A DNA stretch of 55,471 bases from positions 1 to 55,471 of the IMG/VR virus record IMGVR_UViG_3300044614_001468. One strand, given 5' to 3'. Both the position numbers and the translations under genes were made by a program. Under the pieces are notes generated by a model. It was not told the origin of the DNA. It did not search any database and worked only from the letters and a program-made list of their open reading frames with translations. Origin of the DNA: a virus (taxonomy: Duplodnaviria; Caudoviricetes). Below are positions 9,463-20,180 of the stretch, in pieces (the stretch's first letter is position 1; the number at the start of each line of letters is the position of its first letter).

Positions 9463-11987
9463 TCACAAAAACTAATTGGCTTGGCGGAATCAATCAGCTC
9501 TCGGATATTACGAAGCTGAGTGATAACGAGTATTGGATTCTGATCAATGCGCGCGTTCGAAAGAATGTCGTTGAGGCAGTACAGCTGCCCTTGAACGTCA
9601 CGAACAATCTGTCAGAGGTTGGAAACATCCAAGATATCTCGGCCGCAGGAAGTCTTCTTGTAGCGTTTGCTGGTGGCCAAGCGTTCTATAAAACAACAGA
9701 CGGAACGTGGCTTTTGATCGAAAGCTTCACGATGGGTTCTACTCAAAGCAGGGTTTATACTGCGCTTATTCCCGCTTCGACTGTAAACTTTACGCGTGCA
9801 GTTACTTCATCGACTGGAACTCTTACGCTCGGCGGGGCTGTCGGTGCTTCTCCCAGCGCGCTGATTGTGATGGATGGCGTGTTGCAACCGTGGGTTATCT
9901 TTCCCGATGGCACTTCGCGCGTGACAGATACTTATGGCGCTTGGACTCTTGCGCATCCTGAATATGTTCCCATCGCCAATTATCCGATGTTCTATAACGG
10001 CGTTCTTTACGCGGTTATGGCAGAGGGCGCAAATCCGGCAAGCAGGAAGAATCAGATCGTGCGCTCAGTTACTGGATCGCCTTTGAACTTTCTTATCGCT
10101 GTCACGCCGACCGGAGATAAAACCTCTACAAGCGAATTAGAAGGCGGCGCGTTGGCGTTGGCCACGAATGTCGATTACAACGACGTGACTTGCCTTGCGC
10201 CTCTAAATGCCAATGACGGAGGTTTCTTCGTCGGCACTCAGCACTCATCTTTCATAGTCTATCCTGACTATAACAATCTGATCTATGCGGAACCTACTTT
10301 CCGCAATCAGAGCATTACTTCGATTGGGCCGCTAAATCCTGATTCCGTTGTGGACGTGCTCGGGGATGTGGCATTTGTTCATGACACCGGAATTAGGAGT
10401 TTCAACGGGATCACGCAATTCCGATTTGAGGGTCGGAATGCGCCCTTTAGCGGTCCAATCAATTCTCTCATAGACGGCATAACGCAGACATCTGCGGCGA
10501 CGGGCACTCACGACAACTATGCGTTGTTCGCCGTCACGACCATCTATGGCAACGGTATTCTGTGGTTTGACACACTGCTACAGAAATTCGTCTCGCTTGA
10601 TATTTATCCCGGCGTCGGAACCATACAGAAGTTCGCGTCTACGTTAGACAACGGTACGCGATATACTTACTTCATGACGACGACCGGGGTTTATCGCTTA
10701 TTCGGATCGTCTGAGCGGGCCACAGTCTCACTTTATGGCGCCGAGGTTGTTCCGGCTGATGATTATAAGAGCGTAAAAATGCAGACTTTACGTCTTAGCT
10801 TTAACAACGTGATCGAGGGTGGAACTCTAGAGGCTTCATTGTATGTTAATGGACAGTTCTGTAATCGTAAAGTCGTAGGAATTAACTCATTGCCGGTTAA
10901 TTCTAGTGCTGTCGAAAGCATTCCTTATAATGGCGGCTTAACTGATGGCGTGTTTGCGACCGCTGAGATTAATTTTATGGACGTGGCGCCGGAGGGTGAT
11001 CGCGTTGGCGTGTTGATTAGGTTTGACACAGATGGCGGATTGATTTCTGCGACCGCTGAAGTACAGCAAAATAGTGTGTGGCCGAAGGTTAATGCTCTCG
11101 GTGTCATTGGATCTCTACCTTATGAGACCTTTGCCGTGATTGGGAATGATGGCATTCCTGATATTGTAGGTGGCGGCGTTGCGCCCACATTTACATATGA
11201 TGAAGTATCAAGGCGCAAGGCAATTAATGCGCGCATAAAGAACATTACGGGACTAACAAAGATTATCGGCACGGGCAATCACAACTATGGTTTGCCTTTT
11301 GGTGGATATGGTCCCGGAACGGCTTTGGCAATTCCTCAAACCATCGTACCTTTCTGGGACGCAATTAAGGATAAACTTCTTTTTGTGCCCGGTCAGGTTG
11401 ATAATGACTCTGCGGCCGCAAGTCCGTTGTTTAACTATCAACAGCATCTGCGTTACTTCCAATACACCAGCGAATATGTTGATATTTTCCTGATCAATAC
11501 AGGATATGACTCGACAATGTTCCAGACTGAAGTAGACAATATTGTCCCGCTAGGAGCTAACATATCCGTCAGCGTTCAGTTTCAATGGCTGCGTAATGCG
11601 TTGGCAAACAGCACGAAGAAACATAAATGGGTTGTCGTCCATCAACCTCCTTTTACAAGCGGCAATGATTTCTATAGCGCTACGAATTCTAATCTTAATC
11701 TGCAGTTTATTCAAGCTGTGCCCTTTAAGAACTGGGGTGCGACTGTATTGTTGGCTGGATGTTCTGCTCTGGTTGAGAGGCTTGACTGGAATGGGTTACC
11801 CGTTATTATCAGCGGCGCTGGCGGCAAGGCTCTTACTACCGTACATAATCCGCCAATTGCTCAATCAAGCTTTGCCTCGGCCACACAAGGAGCCTATTGG
11901 GAAGCAGTTGTTAGTAAGCTGTCTGTAGAGTTTCTCTGTAAAACCGCAACTGGCTCAATTCTGGATAGGTATTTTCAACCAGTATGA
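9456..11987 (+). CDS. Putative tail nozzle/stabilisation protein with C-terminal degenerate calcineurin-like metallophosphoesterase domain
   Basis: N-terminal NWLGGIN...LINAR typical of P22 gp10/T7 gp12-like proteins; C-terminal QFQWLRNALA...KWVVVHQPPFTS...IISGAGG resembles purple acid phosphatases. Confidence 0.6.
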   Translation: MVVTKTNWLGGINQLSDITKLSDNEYWILINARVRKNVVEAVQLPLNVTNNLSEVGNIQDISAAGSLLVAFAGGQAFYKTTDGTWLLIESFTMGSTQSRVYTALIPASTVNFTRAVTSSTGTLTLGGAVGASPSALIVMDGVLQPWVIFPDGTSRVTDTYGAWTLAHPEYVPIANYPMFYNGVLYAVMAEGANPASRKNQIVRSVTGSPLNFLIAVTPTGDKTSTSELEGGALALATNVDYNDVTCLAPLNANDGGFFVGTQHSSFIVYPDYNNLIYAEPTFRNQSITSIGPLNPDSVVDVLGDVAFVHDTGIRSFNGITQFRFEGRNAPFSGPINSLIDGITQTSAATGTHDNYALFAVTTIYGNGILWFDTLLQKFVSLDIYPGVGTIQKFASTLDNGTRYTYFMTTTGVYRLFGSSERATVSLYGAEVVPADDYKSVKMQTLRLSFNNVIEGGTLEASLYVNGQFCNRKVVGINSLPVNSSAVESIPYNGGLTDGVFATAEINFMDVAPEGDRVGVLIRFDTDGGLISATAEVQQNSVWPKVNALGVIGSLPYETFAVIGNDGIPDIVGGGVAPTFTYDEVSRRKAINARIKNITGLTKIIGTGNHNYGLPFGGYGPGTALAIPQTIVPFWDAIKDKLLFVPGQVDNDSAAASPLFNYQQHLRYFQYTSEYVDIFLINTGYDSTMFQTEVDNIVPLGANISVSVQFQWLRNALANSTKKHKWVVVHQPPFTSGNDFYSATNSNLNLQFIQAVPFKNWGATVLLAGCSALVERLDWNGLPVIISGAGGKALTTVHNPPIAQSSFASATQGAYWEAVVSKLSVEFLCKTATGSILDRYFQPV

Positions 11988-12349
11988 GTTTCTGCATCAA
12001 TGCAGTTAAGCTATTCGAATGGGTCTTGCGGCATCCCGGCCGCGAAGCCTGTTTTGGAGTGGCATCTGATATTGATATCGTTATGCATTGTGATCGTATT
12101 CTCAAAGGAGAGAATACAGAGCTATTCGTTCTTGAAAAAGATAACGAGACTCCTTTGATTGCACTATGGTGCGAGCTAGATCATGAGCGCAAGAACATAC
12201 ACATCTTAAATATTCTAGGCGACCGAGGCTCCTTAAAGGGTGCGATTGGCGCTTGGGATTCACTTTATCCTGAATGGTCTGTGAGTGGAGCGCGGCGCAA
12301 GAGTAAGCAAAACGTACAGTACAAACTTTCCGAATTTACCAAACAATGA
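11984..12349 (+). CDS. Hypothetical virion-assembly protein (possibly GNAT-like)
   Basis: Position between nozzle and ejection genes. Confidence 0.45.
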   Translation: MSFCINAVKLFEWVLRHPGREACFGVASDIDIVMHCDRILKGENTELFVLEKDNETPLIALWCELDHERKNIHILNILGDRGSLKGAIGAWDSLYPEWSVSGARRKSKQNVQYKLSEFTKQ

Positions 12350-13668
12350 ACACATTTGAGATTAATCTCTCTAAAGTTCTCAGCCATTCAATGGTCTGGG
12401 AATCTTCTCGTCTTGAAGTCGACAATGGTATTCCTCTGGGATATTATCGCAATGGCGGCTCGCCAGCTCCCGGTACGCAGGAGTCGATGGCTGAGGTCAT
12501 GAAGGCTTATCGGGAAAACATTATCCCGATGATTCAACAGCAAGTCACTGCTGCTCGACAATATGAGCCTGAGATGCAGAAGCTGCGCGAAGAAATTTCG
12601 CCAAAAGAACAAGCTCTAAACAAGAGGCTCTATGAAGAGTTTGGGCCTGAGTTTGCGCGCATTGGATCGCAGATTGCCCGACAGAATGCACAGGCTCAGG
12701 CTGAGACTGATCTTGGTATCGTGAGCGGGACTGGTCGAGAGCTTGTGCGTGAGGCAATGCGCACGCAGAAGGAAGCTGATCCTGAAGCTTATCGTGCGCG
12801 TGAGTTGGCTTTGGCGAATCTTGAACAGCTTCAAGGATCTTTGACTGATCCCAATGCCGGTCTTAGCGGCGCCGAGCGCGCTGAGATTGATAGGTCAATG
12901 GCGCGTGAGAACTTTGCGCGTGGCACTGGAGCGACTCCCACGGCGACTTCGACTGTTTCTAATGCGATGGCCTTTGGTCAAGCGGGTGAGGCTCGTAAGG
13001 CTCAACGACAGAGTGCGATTGCTAATGCTGCTCAGTTGGCTGCTGGCTCAGTGCAGCCTTTGTCGTCGCGCATTGACACCTTCCAGCTCACAACTGGTCG
13101 TCCCTCAGTCAATCAGGGCGAGGCTCGCACGGGCGCTGCGCGTGAGGTTGGACAGGAATCAAATGCGATGGGCATGAACTTGTTTGGCAACGCGAGTCAG
13201 ATGCGCCAACAGGAGAATCAAATCAATGCGTCCCGTAAGGATGCACTCGATGCGCTTACGCAGGGCGTTAGTGCAGCTGGCGGCATCTCTAAGATGGCTT
13301 GCTGCTGGACCTTTGCTGAGGCTTATTACGGCTGGGAGAATATTCCTAACGAGGTTCGCGTGCTGCGTGATCTTGAATACTCGCTACAGAAGCGCGAAGG
13401 CTATCGCCGCATGAGCCGTTTCCTTGTGCCGCTGATGAAGAAATCTTCGATCGTGCGCGGTTTGGTTAACGCCTTCCTTATCAAGCCCGTCACTAGCTAC
13501 GCAAATTATTATGTGCATGGTCAAGGAATGGGCTGGGTGTTTGCGCCCGTGACCAATCTTTACTTTGCAGTCTGGGAAGACATGGGCGCTCGCGCCGGTG
13601 TTCCTAACGACGTAATGAATCTGCGGCTCGCTGCAGGTGTCTGGAACTCTGGACTCTATCCTCTCTGA
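12346..13668 (+). CDS. Internal virion/ejection protein with C-terminal CFI-box-like domain
   Basis: Ala/Gln-rich helical body; C-terminal CCWTFAEAYYG...EVRVLRD...GY motif. Confidence 0.6.
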   Translation: MNTFEINLSKVLSHSMVWESSRLEVDNGIPLGYYRNGGSPAPGTQESMAEVMKAYRENIIPMIQQQVTAARQYEPEMQKLREEISPKEQALNKRLYEEFGPEFARIGSQIARQNAQAQAETDLGIVSGTGRELVREAMRTQKEADPEAYRARELALANLEQLQGSLTDPNAGLSGAERAEIDRSMARENFARGTGATPTATSTVSNAMAFGQAGEARKAQRQSAIANAAQLAAGSVQPLSSRIDTFQLTTGRPSVNQGEARTGAAREVGQESNAMGMNLFGNASQMRQQENQINASRKDALDALTQGVSAAGGISKMACCWTFAEAYYGWENIPNEVRVLRDLEYSLQKREGYRRMSRFLVPLMKKSSIVRGLVNAFLIKPVTSYANYYVHGQGMGWVFAPVTNLYFAVWEDMGARAGVPNDVMNLRLAAGVWNSGLYPL

Positions 13669-13671
13669 TTT

Positions 13672-15021
13672 ATGGCTATTAAAGAATATCGTGTAGCGCA
13701 GGCTGATACTCGACCAATTCGTCGTCGACCTTTGTCTTATTATCGTGATCTCGTACCTTCTCAGAAGGACTCGAAGGACGGTGACAATGCTCCGTTGCGC
13801 ACGAAGGATCAGCCTGCTATCACGGCGCAGGGACGTTCGCCTCGTTATGATGCAGGTTCGATCATGGGCATGATTAGTTCTATGCGCTCGCCGGGTGAGG
13901 CTAATACGGCTTATGATCCCTCGAAACCAGTTGGTGGCGAGAACGTGCCTTATAAGCCCACGACGGGAATTGGCGGTGCGCTCAGTCGTTTCTTTGGCAA
14001 TCAGGCCAATGAGATGAATGTTGCTGCACAGGAACAACAGGCGGCTGAGAAGATGGCTGCGGATAAAGCTGAGAAGGAAAGGCAAGCGAAGAAAGAAGAC
14101 CTCGCTGAAGAGATTCGTTTGCGCGAGGAAGGACCTGCTGCACGCTTTAAGATTAGTCAAACGGCCGCTGACACAGCCGAGGCTAATCGTTTGGCTGCTG
14201 AGAATAAGCGACTTGAGCTTGAAGGTAAACGCATTGGCTTGACAGAGCGTCAAATCGAAGAGGCTAGGCTGGATCGCGTTGCGCGTTTGCAAGCTGAAAA
14301 AGAAGATCGTGATATTCGGATTGAGAATATGCGTACTCAGAATGCGATTAATGATGCAGAGTTTGGACTGCGGAGTCGCGTAGCTAATCAGCCGCGTTTT
14401 GGCGTTCACACCACTGACAAAGGTGGTATGACTATTTACAATCAAACTACCGGCGAACCTGTTCGTACTTATACGCCGGGAGGTATGGGGATGATTAAGG
14501 ATGCTAAAGGTAATATGGTTCCCGGTATGACTCAGGGCGGCTGGGAAGATTATGTTACGCCCGTGACTGTTCCTAAAGATCTTCCTGATTCGCCGCAGGT
14601 TGATCGCACAACTGGTGCTGCGCCAGGTGGTCCGCGTAAAGATACAATGGGCGGCAAGGTGCCTCCGCCTGAAGTGACTCCTATGCGTGCTGCCGCGCCT
14701 TCGCCTGAGGCTGACGCTAGTTTGCTCGGGCGCTTTAAGACTGCTATGCCTAGCTTGAGCTTTGCGCAACCTTCCGGTCGCGGTTATCAAGTTGCGCCAC
14801 TTACTGAAGGAGATGTTGCTCAACAAGCTATGGGACAAATTGCTTATCCGCTTCGTGCGGCTGTTGGTCAGCAAGTTAAAGGTCAGTATACAAATCCAGA
14901 AGAAGTTGCTATGTCTATGGAATACCCAATGCCAGCTAGTAGATTCAGGAGACCTTCAGCAAAAGAACAGGCTGAAGCTCTTGCTGCAGGTGATTTGATT
15001 CGTAAAATGTACGCTGAATAA
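13672..15021 (+). CDS. Internal virion/ejection protein
   Basis: Coiled-coil, charged, low complexity; position. Confidence 0.55.
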   Translation: MAIKEYRVAQADTRPIRRRPLSYYRDLVPSQKDSKDGDNAPLRTKDQPAITAQGRSPRYDAGSIMGMISSMRSPGEANTAYDPSKPVGGENVPYKPTTGIGGALSRFFGNQANEMNVAAQEQQAAEKMAADKAEKERQAKKEDLAEEIRLREEGPAARFKISQTAADTAEANRLAAENKRLELEGKRIGLTERQIEEARLDRVARLQAEKEDRDIRIENMRTQNAINDAEFGLRSRVANQPRFGVHTTDKGGMTIYNQTTGEPVRTYTPGGMGMIKDAKGNMVPGMTQGGWEDYVTPVTVPKDLPDSPQVDRTTGAAPGGPRKDTMGGKVPPPEVTPMRAAAPSPEADASLLGRFKTAMPSLSFAQPSGRGYQVAPLTEGDVAQQAMGQIAYPLRAAVGQQVKGQYTNPEEVAMSMEYPMPASRFRRPSAKEQAEALAAGDLIRKMYAE

Positions 15022-15022
15022 T

Positions 15023-18000
15023 ATGACACAAGCACAATATCAATGGCTTCAAGATAACGGCTACGATCCTACGGTCTATGACGTAGATCCTCGTGGTCGT
15101 GTTGTTAAGAGTCCTGTAGCGCCTGAGCCTGTTCAACAAAAGATGTCTCCTCTGCGTGCAGCGGGGACTTCTTTCTTGGGTAATTTGTTGCCGAGTGCGG
15201 CTGGTCTTGGCGGAGCTAAGCTGGGTATGATGGCTGGCGCACCATTCGGTCCTATTGGCGTTGGAATTGGTGCAATCGGCGGCGGCCTTGGCGCAGGTTA
15301 TCTCGCAGGCAGAGGTCAAGAGGCTGCTCTTGAGCAGATTGCTCCTTCTGCGCTTGAGGAGATGCGCCGTGCAGAACAAGATCAGCCTATCTATTCGTAT
15401 CTAGGCGGCTTTGCTCCGAATGCTTTGGCGTTCAGGCCGTCTGTGCAAGGCATGAAGGGCTTGCTGCGGCCCACTGTGCGAGGCACTGAGACTCTCACCG
15501 AGGCTTTGGCTAAGCCTGAGTTTATTGCACCGGCGGCTAACATTGCTGCGAATGTGGCTGGCTCGACGGCGGGTCAGCTTGTGAATATGTCACAAGGCGG
15601 TGAGTTCTCTGGGCCACGTTTTGCTGCTGATGTCACACTGGGGACACTATTTAATCGGCCCACTGCTCTTGGAAGACGGATGGGTTTTCAGGATATTCCT
15701 GAGCCTCGTCGTGAAGCTCCGGGTGATCTTGCGGCTGCGCGTGAACAAGCTGCATTCATGGAATATCCGCCGCAGGATTTTATCACGCCCCGAGAAGAGC
15801 GCGGTGCGCAGGACATCAAGACTCCTGGTGTTAACATTACGCCTGAAGGACCTGAACAGTTCTTTACTGCTGAAGGCAAACGCATGACCGAAAAGGCTAT
15901 GGCTAAAGACTACACCAACTGGTGGAAGTCTGAGACTGAGCCGACTACGGATCTGATCAAAGGCGCGGCTGAGGAGATTAAGATGAAGGTTCCTAAAGAA
16001 CGCCTCGCTGAGCTGGCCCAAGATCCTGAGGTTGGTGCGGCTTTGCGCGATCCGTCGCGTATGCCAGCGTTCATCGCTAAACAGGCTGAGCAGTCTCTTG
16101 AAGACGTGTATCAGATGATGGCGCGTCGTGAAGTTGAGCAGCGCTTTGCGTCGCCTGAAGAAGCTGCGAATCAGCGTGCTTTGCAAGAGCTGCGTGCTGA
16201 ACGCGGACTTCCGTCTGAGACTGCACTTAGCGATGTTGAGGAGGCTTATGCTGCTCGTCAACGCACTCCTACTAAACAAGCTCAGGAACTTTATGGGACT
16301 GAATTAGCCGGAGGTTCTGGCCGACCTCCATCGCTTAGCCAAGTTGCAGGCGCTGATAAGAGCGCTTATGAAGCTTACAGTGGAGGAGCACCTAAACAAC
16401 GTGTGTCAACGGGAGCTAGATTTCTTACAGCAGCAGATGCTGAAAATCAAAGAGCTCTACAAAAACTACGTGCTGAACGCGGATTACCTAATGAGTCTCC
16501 ATTAAGCGATATCAATGCGGCCTATGAAGCCGCTGCTAGATCCAAGGCTGCAAGTCAACGCACTGCTGATGTTCGGGCTAGGGAACTTTATAGTCCTGAA
16601 CTCACAGGAATCTCTGGCCGTCCGCCTTCTGTCAGTAAGGCTTCAGAGGGCTATCAGCTTATTCCTCCGACTGAATCGCCTAGGAGTGCTATTGAAGCTG
16701 GCCGAGAAGTTTATAGTCAAGAACTTGAAGGCCCTTCTGGAAGACCGCCTTCTGTCGGTCAAGTTGCCAAGGCAGACAAGACCGCTTACGAAGCTTATAG
16801 CGGAGTTCGACCTGCACCTGAAGTTAAGAATGCGACCGAAGCTGCGCGTGAGATCTATACTCGCTTGCAGCGTCCTGCTGAAGAATACACCGGCAAGATC
16901 ACCCAAGAAGACATCAACCTTGCGACCGAGATTGCTAATCGCCGCGGCCTGAAGATCGAGCTTGATCGAGCCTATGCTGGCGACCAGCAAGTGCGTGGTC
17001 TGTATATGGTTGACGCTGATGGTAATCGCATCATTCGTGTTAATCCTCTTATGGCCACGGCTGACACAGCCATTCACGAGATCGGTCACGATATCTTTAA
17101 GGGCGTGACTAACAAAGGAATGCGCCGGTCGCTGATGGACACCGCGATGGATAGCCCAGCGTACAAGGCTGAACTTGCGGCGCGTGCGGAGGAAGTTAAA
17201 CAAGGAAAGATCACGCAAGAACAAGCTAATGACATCGCGCTCGAAGAAGGCTTGATTCAGGCCTTTGGCGAACAGATGCCTCAGGTTAAGCGGGGAGAAT
17301 TGCGTGCGTGGTATCAAGCGTTCAAGGCTTCGATGAAGCAGCTTGTCACAGGCAAGATGTCACCTGAAGACGCACTCGCTTGGATGCACTATGCTACGAC
17401 TGAGGCTGTGCCTTGGAAGGGTGTTGCTGTGGCGAAGGTTGATGTTGGAGGTGAGAGGATGCAGCGTGGCTCTGAATTATTTAGTTTAACAAACGAGGAC
17501 TTTGCACCTTCCAGTGATCCCAAGTTTCTACATGCAACACACTTAGAACAAAACAATCCAACAGGGCTAAGAGTAGCTGCGCGGGAACCATCTGGCAAAG
17601 TAACAATCGGTAAGCTTGGAGATCTACATATGGATCTTCCAGCTGTTGCTGAAAACAGCGAGTTTGGTTTTGTAGATAAAACTGGAAATTTCTTAACTCG
17701 TGAGCAAGCATCTGCACAAAGAGCTAATCCAGACATCCGTTATCAACGCTCTATCCTCTCCGAAGCCAAGACCCCAGCAGAACTCGATTATCTCGCGTCC
17801 AAGGGCGGACCGTTCGCTGACGTAGCTACGAACGTAAAGGCTGCTTACAACACCCGCGACTTCAAACAAGGTCAATGGTCAAGTAAGTTCTCTCTCACGA
17901 GCGCGCTTCCTGAAGAAGCTCGCGTGCGTTTGTTTAATCATCTCGCCGGAGAGTTTGATTCAGGCGTGCGTTCTACTCCTGCGAGTGACATCCGCGCAGC

Positions 18001-20119
18001 TTATGATCAACTCCGTAATGAGTATCTTCCGGCAATCGTAAACGACTATAACGCACAAGGCTTTACTGTGCGCGATACCGCCGGTCAACGAGCGCGTGGC
18101 TCTAATCCGACATATTTTCCGCTGCATTCCGTAGCGGATGATGTTGAGCGGATCTTAACTACGATGCAGGGATCGCCTGAATGGGATAAGCTCAAGGCTG
18201 ATTTCATTAACTGGAACACTCAGCTGCGGCAGGCCGACGGGGCTTCTCTACAAGAGGCGCAAAGATATGCAGATGAGAAGTTCCAAGAGCGCGTTGGGAT
18301 TACTTCGAAGCCGCCGGGCATCGAGAGCGGCATTCCGTTCTCCGGTGCGCGTAAGCCTGAAGGTTATCCGCTGCCGCCTAGCTGGCGCAGTAATGATATC
18401 ATCGACATTCTGAATAACTATACGCGGCGTTCGGCCACGGACTTTGCGTATCAGCAGCATGTTGAGAGTTCGCCTGTAGCGATGGCTGCTTTGGGTGCAA
18501 AGACGATGTTGAACAATCAGCCTATTCCTGCAAATGTTCTTCAAAGCACGCCGCTGATTATCAACGAGCCGAGCGTGCAGTCTGTTCTGCGCGAGTATCG
18601 TGGAACACCGGCACAGCGCACAGACGGCGCATTGCAGAGCTTCGGGCGTTTTGTTAGTGCGTCTACGATTGGACCTGTCTCGAAGGTCGGCGACATCGGC
18701 ACGTCGATGTTTAAGGGTTTGGCTTATCTGCAAGGCAGTGAATACGCGAGCGGACTTGCTGATTTTACTAAGCGCATTGGAGATTGGGCCGCGTTGAAAG
18801 AGCGTTCTTATGCGTCGGGCTTGAATAAGCGTGATGCTGCCGAGAACATGCGTCAGGTGTTGGGCATCGCTGAAGACTCTACGGCTTTCATGGATAAAGC
18901 TGCAAGAGTGTTATCAAAAGCAACATTCGTCAACGATCTTGAATCTGCTGCGCGTGTGATTGCGCAGGGCTGGGGCGAGACTATCGTTGGGATTAATAAA
19001 AAGCTTGCGCTGAGTGGCGATAAGAATGCCACGCAGATGTTGGATACGCTTACGAAAGACTGGCGCACGCGGTCGGATGCTGATCTCGCGGCGCAGGTTG
19101 GACGTTTGCTGCAGGGTTCTTATGACATGCGACAACTTCCTGCCTCTGTGCTCGAAGGGGCCGCTGCGCCTTATCTGACGTGGAGCAAGTGGAGCATTGG
19201 ACAGTATGATTCGTTCGTTAAGTATGCTCTACAGCCTGCGATGCAAGGTAACATGAAGCCTCTGATCGGACAGATGTTGATTGGTGTGCTGGGCGGTGGT
19301 TCTATTGCAGCCGTGCAGGAATGGTTGAATAACCGCGAGGGCAAAGACATATCATGGAAAGAACTCGAAAGCTGGATGCAGCAGAATCAAGGTGAGCTTG
19401 GCGCTGATGGCGGACAGCTTCTTGGGCAGAAACTTCTGTCGATGGCTCAGAAGATGGGCACGTTTGGATTCGCTGGAGATTTGGTTAAGATGACTCTTGA
19501 TGCGTATGCTGGTGGCGCATCACAAGGCATTGCGACCATGCCTGCGATTGATGCGATCTATGATGTGAGTAAGCGTGCTGCGGCTGCGGGCAAAGCGCTT
19601 GATGATGGCGAAGACTTCGGCTTGGTGCTGAAGGCTTTGCTACAGGATTCACTGACAGGTCATGTGCAGGCTTTGCGCGTGGCAAGGAATTGGTTGGATG
19701 AGGATGAGAACCTGCGATATGATGATCGGCGTAAGCGTCGGTTGTTTGATGAGTTGTCGGGCTTGCCTAATAAGGGCGGCACGTTTGCTGTGAATTATAG
19801 CAATCTAAGTGAGAGGGAATTCGAGCGGGGCGAGATTACCCCACAGACCGGCGAAGAGGCATTCTCTTTGGTGTCGAGGGCGCGCGAAGAAGCAACGACG
19901 CCAGAAGATTATGCGAGCCGGATTAGGAAGTATAAGACAAGTCAGAATCAAATCATGCCTTCGTTGGAAAGGCAGCCGATGAAAGCGGCGAGATATCTAA
20001 GCTTTGTCGAAGGCGCAGAGGAAGGCGCTGGGGCTGAGACACTGAAGCGATATCTAACGAGAGAACAAGAGAACAAATATCGGAAGAGTTTGATAGAAGG
20101 AATGAGTGGTCTGAGATAA
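15023..20119 (+). CDS. Large ejection / polyvalent protein (1698 aa) with zincin HExxH motif
   Basis: Glycine-zipper N-terminus, internal SGRPPS repeats, TAIHEIGH...EE motif; last gene of the structural arm. Confidence 0.7.
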   Translation: MTQAQYQWLQDNGYDPTVYDVDPRGRVVKSPVAPEPVQQKMSPLRAAGTSFLGNLLPSAAGLGGAKLGMMAGAPFGPIGVGIGAIGGGLGAGYLAGRGQEAALEQIAPSALEEMRRAEQDQPIYSYLGGFAPNALAFRPSVQGMKGLLRPTVRGTETLTEALAKPEFIAPAANIAANVAGSTAGQLVNMSQGGEFSGPRFAADVTLGTLFNRPTALGRRMGFQDIPEPRREAPGDLAAAREQAAFMEYPPQDFITPREERGAQDIKTPGVNITPEGPEQFFTAEGKRMTEKAMAKDYTNWWKSETEPTTDLIKGAAEEIKMKVPKERLAELAQDPEVGAALRDPSRMPAFIAKQAEQSLEDVYQMMARREVEQRFASPEEAANQRALQELRAERGLPSETALSDVEEAYAARQRTPTKQAQELYGTELAGGSGRPPSLSQVAGADKSAYEAYSGGAPKQRVSTGARFLTAADAENQRALQKLRAERGLPNESPLSDINAAYEAAARSKAASQRTADVRARELYSPELTGISGRPPSVSKASEGYQLIPPTESPRSAIEAGREVYSQELEGPSGRPPSVGQVAKADKTAYEAYSGVRPAPEVKNATEAAREIYTRLQRPAEEYTGKITQEDINLATEIANRRGLKIELDRAYAGDQQVRGLYMVDADGNRIIRVNPLMATADTAIHEIGHDIFKGVTNKGMRRSLMDTAMDSPAYKAELAARAEEVKQGKITQEQANDIALEEGLIQAFGEQMPQVKRGELRAWYQAFKASMKQLVTGKMSPEDALAWMHYATTEAVPWKGVAVAKVDVGGERMQRGSELFSLTNEDFAPSSDPKFLHATHLEQNNPTGLRVAAREPSGKVTIGKLGDLHMDLPAVAENSEFGFVDKTGNFLTREQASAQRANPDIRYQRSILSEAKTPAELDYLASKGGPFADVATNVKAAYNTRDFKQGQWSSKFSLTSALPEEARVRLFNHLAGEFDSGVRSTPASDIRAAYDQLRNEYLPAIVNDYNAQGFTVRDTAGQRARGSNPTYFPLHSVADDVERILTTMQGSPEWDKLKADFINWNTQLRQADGASLQEAQRYADEKFQERVGITSKPPGIESGIPFSGARKPEGYPLPPSWRSNDIIDILNNYTRRSATDFAYQQHVESSPVAMAALGAKTMLNNQPIPANVLQSTPLIINEPSVQSVLREYRGTPAQRTDGALQSFGRFVSASTIGPVSKVGDIGTSMFKGLAYLQGSEYASGLADFTKRIGDWAALKERSYASGLNKRDAAENMRQVLGIAEDSTAFMDKAARVLSKATFVNDLESAARVIAQGWGETIVGINKKLALSGDKNATQMLDTLTKDWRTRSDADLAAQVGRLLQGSYDMRQLPASVLEGAAAPYLTWSKWSIGQYDSFVKYALQPAMQGNMKPLIGQMLIGVLGGGSIAAVQEWLNNREGKDISWKELESWMQQNQGELGADGGQLLGQKLLSMAQKMGTFGFAGDLVKMTLDAYAGGASQGIATMPAIDAIYDVSKRAAAAGKALDDGEDFGLVLKALLQDSLTGHVQALRVARNWLDEDENLRYDDRRKRRLFDELSGLPNKGGTFAVNYSNLSEREFERGEITPQTGEEAFSLVSRAREEATTPEDYASRIRKYKTSQNQIMPSLERQPMKAARYLSFVEGAEEGAGAETLKRYLTREQENKYRKSLIEGMSGLR

Positions 20120-20131
20120 AATTAGATAAAT

Positions 20132-20172
20132 AAAAAACCCGCCCTGTGATAAGCAGAGCGGGTTTTCTTTTT
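20132..20172. terminator. Bidirectional terminator between convergent arms
   Basis: aaaaaacccgccctg-tgataag-cagagcgggttttcttttt. Confidence 0.85.
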
Positions 20173-20180
20173 GTTAAAAT

